In this document: positions 39,964 through 51,739 of the stretch, in pieces | Layout: each line of letters opens with the position of its first letter | Numbering within the stretch: position 1 is the first letter of the stretch | Assembly: GCA_051294905.1 (NCBI GenBank) | Contig: CM119371.1 | Coordinates: 2,916,001 to 2,976,000, forward strand | Source of the DNA: Botryllus schlosseri | Taxonomy: Eukaryota | Direction of reading: 5' to 3' | Length of the DNA stretch: 60,000 nucleotides | Translations under genes and position numbers: made by a program | The notes under the pieces: generated by a model | Seen by the model: the letters and a program-made list of their open reading frames with translations, nothing else | The model's database searches: none | Told to the model about the DNA's origin: nothing

Positions 39964-40250
39964 AGGGGTTAAACTCGCTCAGAGGCCAAACGCCAGACGC
40001 CAAACGCCGAGCGGCGGCCAAATGTCTGTACGGCGTTTGGCGTCTGTTATGGTGAGACGCCGAGTAGCTATACGGCGTTTGGCGTCTGTTATGTTCAGAC
40101 GCCGAGTAGCTATACGGCGTTTGGCGTCTGTGATGTTCAGACGCCGAGTAGCTATACGGCGTTTGGCGTCTGTTATGGTGAGACGCCGAGTAGCTATATG
40201 GCGTTTGGCCTCTGTTATGTTCAGACGCCGAGTAGCTATACGGCGTTTGC
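39964..40250 (+). repeat. Left inverted terminus plus about five tandem 42-bp subterminal repeats of the Zisupton element
   Basis: Unit CGGCGTTTGGCGTCTGTTATG(G/T)T(G/C)AGACGCCGAGTAGCTATA starts at 40031 and 40073 and continues with period 42. Confidence 0.9.
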
Positions 40251-40432
40251 CCCCGATTGGTGTCTCGGTAAACTGAGCAGAGGCCTAATCATTTCATGGT
40301 GCGACTATCAAGTTCTCGCAACTATGTGATATCTAAGATTGCAAGTTGTAAAATTTTTGTCATAATAAGCGGTGGCAGAATCCCAAATGATCTATTGCAT
40401 GTTCAGCTGTATCAAATTATTGTATCACCGCC

Positions 40433-40805
40433 CACGGTTGCAATGAATCGAGTCATGACTCGACTCACTTTCTTAAAAATGGATTTACTCATTGTATGAC
40501 TTTTTAAGAATGGTATATCGGGACTGATAAATAGGCTCAAACCTGCCTTTTATCTGTTACAATAACCATGTTTAGAATGGAAAAAATGAAGATAAAAATT
40601 ATCCGAGACCTTCGATATCACCCCCGCGAGTTCCACAGAAGTGATCTGAAGCTGAACTCTATGGGGAACAGTAAACACCATGACTTGGACTCGACCCATT
40701 GCTCTCAGGTTTGACTCGTTGGGGATTGCTCGGACTTGACTCGCCGGTGAATTGAAAACGACTCGACTTGACTTCTTGAAACCTAGTGAATCGGTTGCAA
40801 CCCGG
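40433..40805 (+). mobile_element. Degenerate, internally deleted GACTCGAGTC-family MITE inside the Zisupton 3' region
   Basis: CACGGTTGCAATGAATCGAGTC...TTGCAACCCGG; 8-bp TSD TCACCGCC/TCACCACC. Confidence 0.75.
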
Positions 40806-40874
40806 TCACCACCCCATATTTGTACACTCGCAATGAATTTCAGACCCAAGTCTGCAGATACAGCATGTAATGAA

Positions 40875-41416
40875 ACCACAATATGAAATGGGCAACGAAA
40901 CCACAGCAGAAGGCAATGAAACCACGGTAAAAGTCATCGAGAAATAAGAAGTGGAACCACAGTAAAAATGACTGAGAAATATGCATTGCAACCATAGTAA
41001 AAGTCACAACGAAATAAGCAGTGGAAACACAGTAAAAGTCAGAGAAATATGCAATCAAACCACAGTAAACGTCACTGAGGAATCAGCAGTGGAACCACAG
41101 TAAAAATGACTGAGAAATATGCATTGCAACCATAGTAAAAGTCACAACGAAATAAGCAGTGGAAACACAGTAAAAGTCAGAGAAATATGCAATCAAACCA
41201 CAGTAAACGTCACTGAGGAATCAGCAGTGGAACCACAGTAAAAATGACTGAGAAATATGCATTGCAACCATAGTAAAAGTCACAATGAAATAAGCAGTGG
41301 AAACACAGTAAAAGTCAGAGAAATATGCAATCAAACCACAGTAAACGTCAATAAGAAATCAGCAGTGGAACCACAGTAAAATTGACTGAGAAACAGGCAA
41401 CGAAACCACAGTAAAA
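40875..41416. repeat. 138-bp higher-order tandem repeat (about 3.3 copies, built from four roughly 34-bp subunits) downstream of the transposase stop codon
   Basis: GTGGAACCACAGTAAAA recurs at 40951, 41089, 41227 and 41365. Subunits share (A)ACCACAGTAAA. Confidence 0.9.
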
Positions 41417-41433
41417 TATAGAAGCATCAGAAT

Positions 41434-44400
41434 TCACACCACAGTACATAGCATGCAATAAAAATCATCATCAGGATCAGGTATCCGCTGTCCCGGGCAA
41501 CAGTCCTCGTGTGTCCATCGACCACAGCCGTCACACGCAACCTGGAAACAAGTTAGAATCAATATACCCGACGAATGTAATCTCGTAATTGCATACCCAT
41601 TTCATGTCTTTTTTTGGGGGGTCTTGACTACCGCATTTAATGCAATAATCTTCCAATTCTTTCTCATCTGCGGGAGAAACATGCAACGTATTTAATATGG
41701 TTTTAACCTGACATGGACCAGCATACCCGTCGCATCAAGCAAAATTTGACCAAACTGCTGGCGGTAGCTTTCGCAAGCTTGTTGAGAATGATCAAAATCC
41801 AGGTTTGCATCGGGGATTGATAATCCAGTGGTTAAGTAGAGTTTGGCAGCCTATTAAGTGTCAGTTGATTGCAAATTAATTTTCTCAAATCTCAATACAT
41901 GAACGCATCACAAACCTTCAAAGCAAGGACTCCACAATTAAATCCGTCATTTTGAACACCGGTCCTTATTAATCCTGTATATCTCGCAACTGATTCTCTT
42001 CTTGAGTACGTTCGTATAAATTCGCTGGATTAATACAGAAATGAAATATGTCTCTTGAATACGACCTCATCAACTTACTCAAACTGTTGCAAGACATTCC
42101 CATAGCGATCCTCGTGGCCCATTGGATCGTATAGTAGAACCATATTTGATTCAACGTCAGATACCTGAAAGAGTATATACATACATTACACTAATACAGA
42201 ATATATTGACGAGACAGAACATGGGTGGAAGGGGTGAGAAGCAATGAGTTTCACAAACTTACAATATCAAGGTAGAATCTGACAGGTATGGAACATGCTT
42301 ACCAAAAGAATCCAATGGTTGCCCCTGCCCACACCAGTTCCGCCACAACGAACATTAAGTGGCGCTACAAAAGATTTTGTAGCTGCTTCTTTCTAGAGTG
42401 AATCACTAAATTAGAGAATATTCAAAAGTCTTGTTACTATTACACATACTGTTTTCTTTTTGCCAGAGGCAAATTTCCCAGCAACAAACCAATTAGTAGC
42501 TAGCAGACAGGAAACAACCATTGTATGACCTTCCGACTGAAATTACAAGCTTTAAATAGCTTTCAGCAACAAAAAACTTGAGCAAGGCAATGACTTACTT
42601 TTTCATTGAGAGCAAAAAGAATACAATCCATCAACTGAAATTTATGAGATAACAAGATCAATAAGTCGTCATGAAAATGACAGCAGAGCAAATGACCGTA
42701 TCATTTAGCCAGCCACATCCATTCAAAAGCAGCATGTCTTGTGTGGATACAGGTAGCCGATTCACGACAGCTTCAATCCTATTTGCTTTATGCGCCGACG
42801 TAAAAAGTGAATTTATTTCTAAAAAGAGTATTATCATCAGTACGATAAAATTACCAACATGAAATATAAAGAAACATACCTGTGAATTTGAATGGAAGTA
42901 TCTGGATATCTTTGCATTTTGTGGCATTTTTGTCCACAGAATTTTCAAATGCATCTCTTGCAACAATGGAGCAAGATTCCGTTTTCGGCTGAGACAATTT
43001 GTCATAGCATGAATCAACAGATATGGAATTGGTAACAGAAGCAACATGCGACGGAACAGTCACAGTAGCAATAGTGAGACGAGCGGGAACATTACTACCA
43101 CTTGATGCTTGTACAGGGTTGGTGACAGTGGGAGGAATAGTGGCTTTTTTATCAGTTCGTGACACCGTTGCAGAATTGGCCGACCGGTCGTAGAAGGAGC
43201 AAGTAGCTACATTGCCGGGCAGTTTTCCAACTGGTCCATCATCTGTGGGTAACAAGTCCATATTAAATACACTGGAAAATCAAAATTTGACTTAATGATG
43301 AAACAAAGTCACAGATGGAATTTGCAGCTACTACCTTTCATAGCCAGTGTCGCACGGCCATCATCTGCGAGGACAACAGGCTTGGAGAAATGTCTCTTGG
43401 TCTTTTTCATATATCTTTCGTTAATCTTCATATTTTGAAGATGCAGGGAAACTCTCGACAGAAATATGAAATTTACTGGATCCATATTGCAAAGAAAATG
43501 CCTGAAATACCCATGTTTTAGCTAGTGCTATTCTATATGTGGCACACACACAATTCACTGACCGGTCTCGTGCCATGATAGCATTTTGCTGCTCAGCAAT
43601 ACTTGTGTTAACAAGAGCCAGGTCTTTACAGTATTTCATATCTCTGAATGACTTCTCAGCAGACTTTTTCTTTGATTTTTGATGGAAACGATCACCGAGA
43701 GAGTAGAAAGTCCCAGGAGTTTCGTCCAAGCGTATTGAAATTGGATCAAGATGACCCTCTGACTCCTTCTTGATGTTATCTGGAGTGCATTCAAATAGCA
43801 TTCCTCTGAATGGCGAGAACATGCCCGGAGAGCGATTTTCCCCATGGTGGGCAATCTAGAGAACGGCAAATGATTGTGACGCACATAAGAATGACTGATG
43901 ATTTATGAGATTTCCACTTACCTGAGAGGCAATGTCCGAAATTATGACTCGGGGTTGATGTTTGAATGACAACAAAGCATCAACATAATCTCGTGCACTT
44001 TCTTGACGTAATACATATTTAAAATAAACACATATGCCACATGGACATCGGAGATGGACTATTCCCCCTGCCAAGTTAATAGAATATAAAAAGTCGAGTT
44101 ACTCCAGTCGCCTGTGGAGTCTAGTATGGTATAGAAAGTTTACCACCACATTTGGTAATGCTCTTGAACATTTTCGGGGTGATCGTTTTGAACAGTAGTA
44201 GTTCATTAATTTTATTAATCAAATCTCCTTTGCTTCCCGTGTCATTCATTCCCACTTTTTGACAGATGTCACGCAAGTCACCAAGTGTGTTCTGAATATG
44301 CAAATGAAGTGTATCATACAATTGCTACTAGGATTTCGATCATACCGAAGGATTGTTTAAAGTCAGAAGTATCTCGTCCTCTGTTGTTGGAGCTGCATTC

Positions 44401-47400
44401 AGTTTGGACTTTTCCAAGGGTCTTTTAATAAGAGTGCCTTTCCGGTGTTCCGTATTCAAAAGAAGATCTGATGACCTGCAGCTTTTTGCCATCCAAGGTG
44501 CGACACTGTCGTGGCTTATTTTCACCTTCCACGGATTGGCGGACGTTCCTATAAAACAATACAGTCACTAATCTGTTGTTGAATGATATGTCTGAACTTA
44601 AAGTCATCTGTGTCGATCAGGGTTGTAATGACTCGAGTCATGACTCGACTCGAGTCAGACTCGAGTCACGATTTTCGGATGACTCGACTCGACTCGAGTC
44701 ATTTTCTCAAAATACGGAAATGACTCGACTCGACTCGAGTCAATCTGTGTATTGACTCGACTTGAACTCGAGTCATTGCGCATGACTCGAAGCAAGTCAT
44801 TGACTCGAAATTCAGACGGCGAAGACCGACATTTCATTGTAATTTCGAAGCAAACACACTATTGGGATTTCGTTTATTGGTACTGGTGCTTGAGAATGCG
44901 ACCAGAAACTGCTAAAAGTGAGGAAAATTGATATATTATAAATGCGAACCATTCAATATCACCAAACAGAGTTAAAAAAGTGGGTTTAGGAAGACTTTAA
45001 CTGGAAACTGAGCAGTCAACACGATGACTTGGACTCGGACTCGAGTCATAATACCACGACTCGGACTCGATCCTCTGTTCGCTGACTTGCACTCGGACTT
45101 GACTCGGTGGGAATTGAAAATGACTCGACTTGACTCGAGTCAAAAATATAAAAGTGAGATTGACTTGTGACTCGGAGCCTTGTGACTTGGTTACAACCCT
45201 GGTGTTGATCTAGAATGGATCCTCTGTTATCAGCTCCGAAAAATTTAATTACCACAGAATCCTCGGCCAATAATTTCTTTTCGATATGCCATCCAAGAAT
45301 CCTCAATATTTACAGTGTCTTCAAATTGCACATCTCTCTTGGTAGCATCCACTGTAATAAAATTCATACAGGAAATTCAATGAGTGATGCAGAACCATTG
45401 AAATTCAAACATACCGTCAATAGCACATGTATTCTTCCAATTGCCATCCCCTACGACTATGGATGGGGAATTGCCACATTTTAGACAGGCGAAACTATCA
45501 CTCATGTCCTGCAGAGCCAAAAAATGGAGAAATGCATTTCTTAATTTGTTTGTCGGAATTTCATCAGAAAACAGGGATGCAAGATTGGCTCCCACTGAAA
45601 TGTGATTCTGGAAGACAGTAAACACATGCATGGAATGGCAAGAACTAGATATGGAATTAAGATACCTGAATCCCATTCTTCAAGTGCATACATAGTCGCA
45701 GCGTCAGTAATATATGACCATCAAAATTATGCACACCAGACTTGTAATTCTGGAATCGAACCTGCCAGCCACACGAATTGCAAGACTTTTCCTTGATACA
45801 GACTCCTAAAATTTATCGGATTGAGAACAGAATGAAATAACCTCATTTGATGAACTTGAGCTATATTGCACTACAGCAATGTTTAAAGAGCTTCTTGGAG
45901 CTTCAATATACAATTGAATAGCATATAGAATTACAGCAATGAAAAATAAAATCAATTACCTTTCCACATACAACCCACTCCATAAATCTGAGCTTTTCGC
46001 ATTCCGCTCACTTCAAGAACTCCAGCACACCTTGCACAAACAGTTTCTTCTGGCGTTAATTCTGAAATTATTCCTTCCTTCAAATATTCATTAGGTATCT
46101 TTTCCGGGATCAGTTTATGCTCGAGATAATACTTCATATTCAACTGCATGTCATCAGTAGGAGGTTGAGTACTGTAAATCAAATATTAGGAAATTAATTA
46201 TGGAATCTTCGAAAGTCATGCGATGAAGATTACCTCGACATACATGATATGAGATCTGGTTCAGTCTGGAACACATACCATTTTGCCAGTGTGATGTGCA
46301 AGCTTGTTCCAGTTTTCCATGAGCACAGACATGACCATGAGCCTCCGTCAACGTCAAATGTCACCCGCACTCTTTCACTAGGACTATAGTATGTCGTCTC
46401 GCCAGTGAAGATGGAATAATACTTGTATTTCTTCGAAATATTGAATGCTTCAAAATTCGCATGCACCACGAGTGGAGCATTGCATTGCACACTCCTCATT
46501 CTTTCACTGCTGCATTTTTCACTAGTTGCGGTTGATATTAGCTTCATTTCAACGAGGGTGTTCAAAACCTTTTCATCTAAATCAATGTTTGCACATGGGC
46601 GTGCATTTTCTACAGCATCTAAATGATCACATTGGACCCCGGGATTTTTGTCCTTGAGGGTCCCAAAAATTGATATACAGTCTTTGTCTTCACACCCAAT
46701 CAGGCTTCGTAATAAATGCTTCGTAACGTGCAAAGGAGCAGCTTGGCCTGATGATCCTTGCGAGACCATAAACACACCATTTTTCGGATCAATACAAACT
46801 GCAGGAAGGGTTGATGGATGGCCGTGGGCATCTCGTTCATGTCTTGTCAAGCCATGAGACCTTGCATATGACTTGTCGCATTTGGTGCATTGCTTTTTAC
46901 TTTTGCTATCTGCTGGTTGATTTAAACGACGAGTCTTGCTTTCCTTGTTTGGTGGCGGATTGCCACATACTTTCTGTAAATGACTTTGAAATGTACCACG
47001 TCGACCAAGAACTTTAGTGCAGGTATGGCAGTGGTAGTGACTCCTGCCTCTGGCCTGACCAATACGTTCCATACACTTCAAACGGCATGGTACGATATAG
47101 CCTGGAATATGTGAATACAATTAGATACACAAGGGTAAATCCATGTCAAATCAACCACACTCCTATCCACTCTCCACTCCTATCCAAGTAGTTGAGAGTG
47201 GATTATAGTGTATAATGATAGAATATATTGAAGGAAAAATTTCTCCCAATCAAATTGATCATGCATAACATGAACTAGCGCAATTATGTCTACACAAAAA
47301 TTGGAAATTAACATGTCATAATTATGAGAGCTGGTTCAGAGAGAAACATGGCTGACTCCGCTGACATGTCTTGCTAACTAATATTTGATGGGTATAAGTA

Positions 47401-47868
47401 GCCTACCTCAAAATTAATCAACTTTACATAAATACTTCTGAATCCATTGGGTAGGCCTACCGGTTACAATGCAATTTGAGATTAACCACAGCAGAGATTG
47501 GTTCACTCTCAAGTCTCAGATTTTTCTGAAAATTGCCTCAAAACATGAATTCCAGTTTTCAAGTAATCGCAAGCCATGATAATATCAAGCTTTTTAACAC
47601 TCAGTCTATTACCCATAAATCACAATCGAGTAGAGATTCTTCACTAAGGAATGCGACATGGCTATATACTCGGGTAAGATATTTACAGACCTTGCACTTC
47701 GTTGTCGATATAGTGAGGTACACGATGAGCCCAGTGTACCGCCTCGATATGCTCATTTAGCTTTTCTGACGTTTTGAACGTGTAGATTTCGCAGAGACCG
47801 CAATTAAGTTCTTCTGTTATGATTCTAATGAGGTGTGTCAAATCCTCAGTTAGAGCAATCGCTGTCAT
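41434..47868 (-). CDS. Zisupton/KDZ transposase (HMGXB3-related) with C2H2, SWIM-like, CxC, SAP, Ulp1/C48 protease and PHD domains; 21 exons, about 1280 aa
   Basis: Manual GT-AG splice model with all phases compatible and no internal stop: 47868-47691, 47101-46234, 46171-45960, 45805-45666, 45607-45415, 45351-45253, 44548-44346, 44291-44144, 44067-43922, 43855-43563, 43501-43335, 43242-42880, 42818-42697, 42634-42599, 42536-42450, 42392-42303, 42164-42079, 42024-41916, 41850-41727, 41667-41597, 41541-41434 (3843 nt). Motifs: CGLC..HIEAVH and CTKC..HERDAH (C2H2); CLKCGNSPSIVVGDGN, ESARDYVD, IISD, DRFH, NTSIAEQ (KDZ core); LGDLRDICQKVGMNDTGSKGDLINKI (SAP); WLND, NHW, YDPM, QNDGFNCG (Ulp1); CIKC..W VACDGCGRWTHEDC..FYCMLC (PHD). 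The start codon and first intron are the least certain parts. Confidence 0.88.
44618..45201 (+). mobile_element. hAT-type MITE (GACTCGAGTC family) nested in intron 6 of the Zisupton gene
   Basis: TIR CAGGGTTGTAA...TTACAACCCTG; 8-bp TSD GTGTCGAT/GTGTTGAT; arrays of GACTC/GAGTC motifs. Confidence 0.92.
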
Positions 47869-48033
47869 TGCTGCAAGAAAACTCGATAATCATAAGCATC
47901 TAAAGACGTCTACCATAGTGTTCTATGTAGCAGACATCCTTTGTCTGTCGGCGTTAAAGCTCCCAACTTCGACTCTCTAGCAATCCCTGAGAGTGACTAC
48001 CCTCATATAAGATCCTATACGCTAGACAAATTC

Positions 48034-48204
48034 AGACGCCAAGTAGCTATACGGCGTCTCACTTTTCGGACGCCAAACGCCGTATAGCTACTCGGCGTCT
48101 ACGCCATCTAGCGTCTCCGTTCAGCCGCCAAACGCCGTGTAGACATTCGGCCGCCGCCCGGCGTCTGGCGTCTGGCGTTTGGCCTCTGAGCGGGTTTAAC
48201 CCCT
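48034..48204 (-). repeat. Right inverted terminus with subterminal repeats of the Zisupton element
   Basis: Reverse complement of 39964-40090 with a few mismatches. It includes ACGCCGTATAGCTACTCGGCGTCT and a further copy in the opposite orientation at 48034-48058. Confidence 0.9.
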
Positions 48205-51200
48205 GTTGCAGATGTAAGCCTAGTACATACCAGCAAATCTTTTTCCTGCATGATTTCGTCTCCTGCATCGTCGTCCATCGATAATTCCATTTCAAGTCAA
48301 CAACACAGTAACCCACTAGGTCTTAGATTTTTATGTCATTGTAGGAATGCATCTGGTATCTAGCACCGAGTGTGGAAAACATTATTTTTTCAATATTCAG
48401 ACACTGAAACCATCGCATCCGCATCCGGCCCGCCAGGCGATTCTAAAAAAAGGCTGCATTATCCGGCACATTTCTAACAAATGTTCAGATTTTAGTAGGA
48501 AACACTTCCATTCTCTCAAGTCAGAAAATGTCGAGCATGTTCATAGGCCACATTATAACCATTAGACAGTGGTGTTGAGGTTACACTGTAGTCACCATTA
48601 GCAACAAGTCACTGCCATTGACACTAGTGTAACCATACGTTCTGTTTTTTTGACGTTGTCGAAAGTGTTCTCAGTGCACGCTCAAATGGCCTCTTTTTGA
48701 GATTATGTCTTGTTTTTTGAAAATTTTGGTTAAATGTATGTGAAATTCCACTGAAAAATTTGAAATAAGTACTGAAGTAACGGTTGGGCGGGTCTTTCGG
48801 GAGTTGAGCCAGAAATATGAACTTTTTTTATTCAACCAACTACAAACTTGTTTTCTCGGATTTTACCGCCGTATTGTAAGTCTGAAAATTTTATAAAAGG
48901 AGTCCTCTTTTAGATTTCTAAAATATGGTAACCCTAATTGACACTCACTTCCGAGAAGGCAAAAAAGTGCTCAGTGTGTTCACAGTTTTATGGAAAAATG
49001 GACCACAAAGTAGTTATCTGCAGTAGTGGTTAATATAATTATGACAACAAAATATAATTTAAATATCTGTAGTCGCACTCCGTCTGCGCTTATAACTCAA
49101 CATCTCCTTGTCTGCTGTAGAAACTCGAATCACGATGTAAAAATGTTGAAACAACTTTCAACGGCTACGTTTACGGTTGAATCGCTTGTATTTCTCACAA
49201 CGCATATACAGGACTATATTGTCAGATTACGACTAAAACAAAGCTATCATAGCAATATGCCAACAAATATCGTCCGTAAAACAGCTGTTTTAGCAATTTA
49301 TGAAACTATTTAACCGGCCAATCATCGTAATTTCGCCCATTCGGTTGATTGCGAATAAAGGTATTGATGTAATAGAACCGGATAGCCCGTGATACAATGT
49401 AATTATTATAATGCATATAAGCTTTATAATTGAGTAGTAGAGTGGAAAACGAGGGCATGGATTTTGAGGAAATATATTGAAATCATTTGTCTGGTCCGAC
49501 CTGCGAGTTTTGTGAAGGTTTGAATCCGACCCGCGACGCCAGTGGAGTTTGACACCCCTGCTTCAGATGAACAAATTACCAGGAACCACGAATTCCGCAG
49601 CTGCGGTGAATATCTCGTGCATGGAATATAAGTTAATTCATGTGGAGGGGACTCGTACTCTGCGGCAGGACTCAATGATAAACGTGTGATGGTGGGAAAG
49701 AACGTTCCATATATCCAATGCAACTAATACTGGATGATAAGTACTACCTTCTTTCGCTTACAATCTTCTAACGTCTTCCTGAATTCATCTTCTTTCTCAA
49801 CGTAAAGGACATGGACATGGACATGAAGGGGAACGGAAATTGCTCTCCCGCGCTCCAAAATTAGTTTGTAATCGTCGACGGGTATCTGGCCATTCACGGC
49901 AATATCCAGGAGATCCAACTAAAATGCGGAAATTTTTTTTTTCAGACTTGAAGATAGCCACGGAAGAGATCATTGGGTCCGAAGTCACATAAAATGATAG
50001 GTAAATATAAATGCGGTTGGCAATACTTTATGAATCGAATCAGGAATCATACTTGATACTTTTTCCAGCAAGTCTCAATCATCGACCAGTCGATGTTTTC
50101 TTCAACTATGCAATCGAGCACGATCTTGCTTATCTGAACACAATATTGGTTTCATTAGGTAAGATTACTTGATTGTTACGATGTATTCCCATTTGAATAT
50201 TTATTTATATAGTTTCAGTACAATAGTGATTAGTATGAATTCTTCGATTCTCCATAATGCATATACTACATCGGTTTTAGTCACATCCAAGAACATGTTT
50301 TTTTATAAATCTACTTATGAATATGATATGCATTGTACAAACGGATGATATAGAAGATGATGATCAAAGTAGTCATCGTCAGTGGTCAAGTAGAAGTAAC
50401 ACTTTCAATTTCTACTCAGGTAGAGGTATAAGAATCAATATGCAGGTAGTAAAAAAGTGAGTACTCAAAGCCTAGTTTTGTCTGAAAAATGAAAACCGCA
50501 AATAGAATTGAAAGTATTCTAAAATCATAACCACTTGAGTAAGTAGTTAAGTAGGAATAATCTACTTAATTACTACGACAAGTAGAAGTACTTTGTTACT
50601 GATCAACGCTGGACATAGGATATAGGTAGGAACTCTTGCTATGTAACGAGGTCACTCATATTTACCCGAACTTACCTATATACTTGACACGGAGAAACAT
50701 ACCTTATTTTAATTGTTAACTGCCAGCTTTCCAAAACCCTTATTTGTAGCATGCATTGTTGATTTTCACCTCGGACAACGTCAATGCTTGAGCGTACAAT
50801 TTTACTTATAAAATGGATGAAAATTTATCCGTGAAGTACTGTACTTTATATTTTCCAAAATCAAAATTTATGGAAACTTAACACGAACTACTTTCTCCGT
50901 ATCAGAATACAAAATACAACAAGCGATTAGTCTCGTAAAATAGGGTTTTCATGTTCTGGAATCGGGTAAAGATGGTAAACTTTTTCCACTTCGTAGTCGG
51001 CTGACTATAAAAAAGGTCAACTTTCGCTCAGCTCACGAAACACCCGCCTAACAGTTAGTTCAATGTCATTTTATGGTATCTCAGTCGAATTTTGCCCTGT
51101 GTTTCAGCAAAATTCTGAAAAAAGAGGACAAAATCTCAAAAATGACATTACCAATACCCCGAAAAAGGAGGATAAGTCCTCCTAAAGAGGACGTATGGTA

Positions 51201-51739
51201 ACCTTATGTAAAAGAACTGCCCAAGTAGATTAGGAAGTAGTCAAAAACATTACCGCTTGAGTAAGTAGCGAAGTAGGCAAACTTCATTTGAGTATTCTGG
51301 AGAAGGACAAGTACTGGTTTGCTAACCACATCTATTAACGAGACACTTACATGTTTGTATAGTACGTGGTTATTATGACAATTTCACTCATAATTTTAAT
51401 GGAAACTTACGAACTGCTTAATACTTTTCAGAATGCAAATTGTAACCAGTAAGTAGACTTGCCGAAAAATTGCTCAAGTCGAAACGAAATGGTGACCACT
51501 TGCGTACGTACTTGAAGTATGAAAACTGTATTAACCCCATCCCAATCAATCCACGCATTATCCAGTAATATAAGTGAATCAGCCTGTACTCTGAAACATA
51601 TTAGTTATATCTCCAACGTCCGATCGAATTAAAACTGATATTAGAACACTCAGTCAGCTGATTTCATTCCATGTTTTGACTCCGAGCCATTCATGCACGT
51701 GAGACATTAGCTCCACCACGCGGAAGAACGAAAGGCGTT

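Larger units (their letters stand above)
39960..48208 (-). mobile_element. Zisupton/KDZ-type DNA transposon, apparently full length
   Basis: Identical 8-mer CAGATGTA at 39952-39959 and 48209-48216. Each sits exactly 4 bp outside an inverted repeat (left AGGGGTTAAACTCGCTCAGAGGCCAAACGCCAGACGCC from 39964; right reverse complement ending 48204). The interval encloses a multi-exon gene with zinc-finger, SWIM-like, KDZ, SAP and SUMO-protease motifs, the known Zisupton architecture. Confidence 0.92.

Noticed and set aside
39947..40276. 109-aa Arg-rich repetitive ORF (and the 48059-48316 ORFs)
   Set aside because: These are translations of the 42-bp subterminal repeats and TIRs of the transposon.
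40031..41416. Regular repeats as a possible CRISPR array
   Set aside because: Head-to-tail repeats without unique spacers, no cas genes, eukaryotic context.
47121..47144. ATG followed by an in-frame TAA just upstream of the 296-aa ORF, suggesting a nonsense-mutated transposase
   Set aside because: The TAA lies in a branch-point-like CTAAT ahead of a TTCCAG acceptor at 47102. Splicing from the upstream C2H2 exon (phase 1) bypasses it in frame.
51615..51650. Minus-strand TGTTCTAATATCAGTTTTAAT resembling U2 snRNA
   Set aside because: Short gapped match only; the U2 5' end, GTAGTA branch-recognition sequence and Sm site are not seen.
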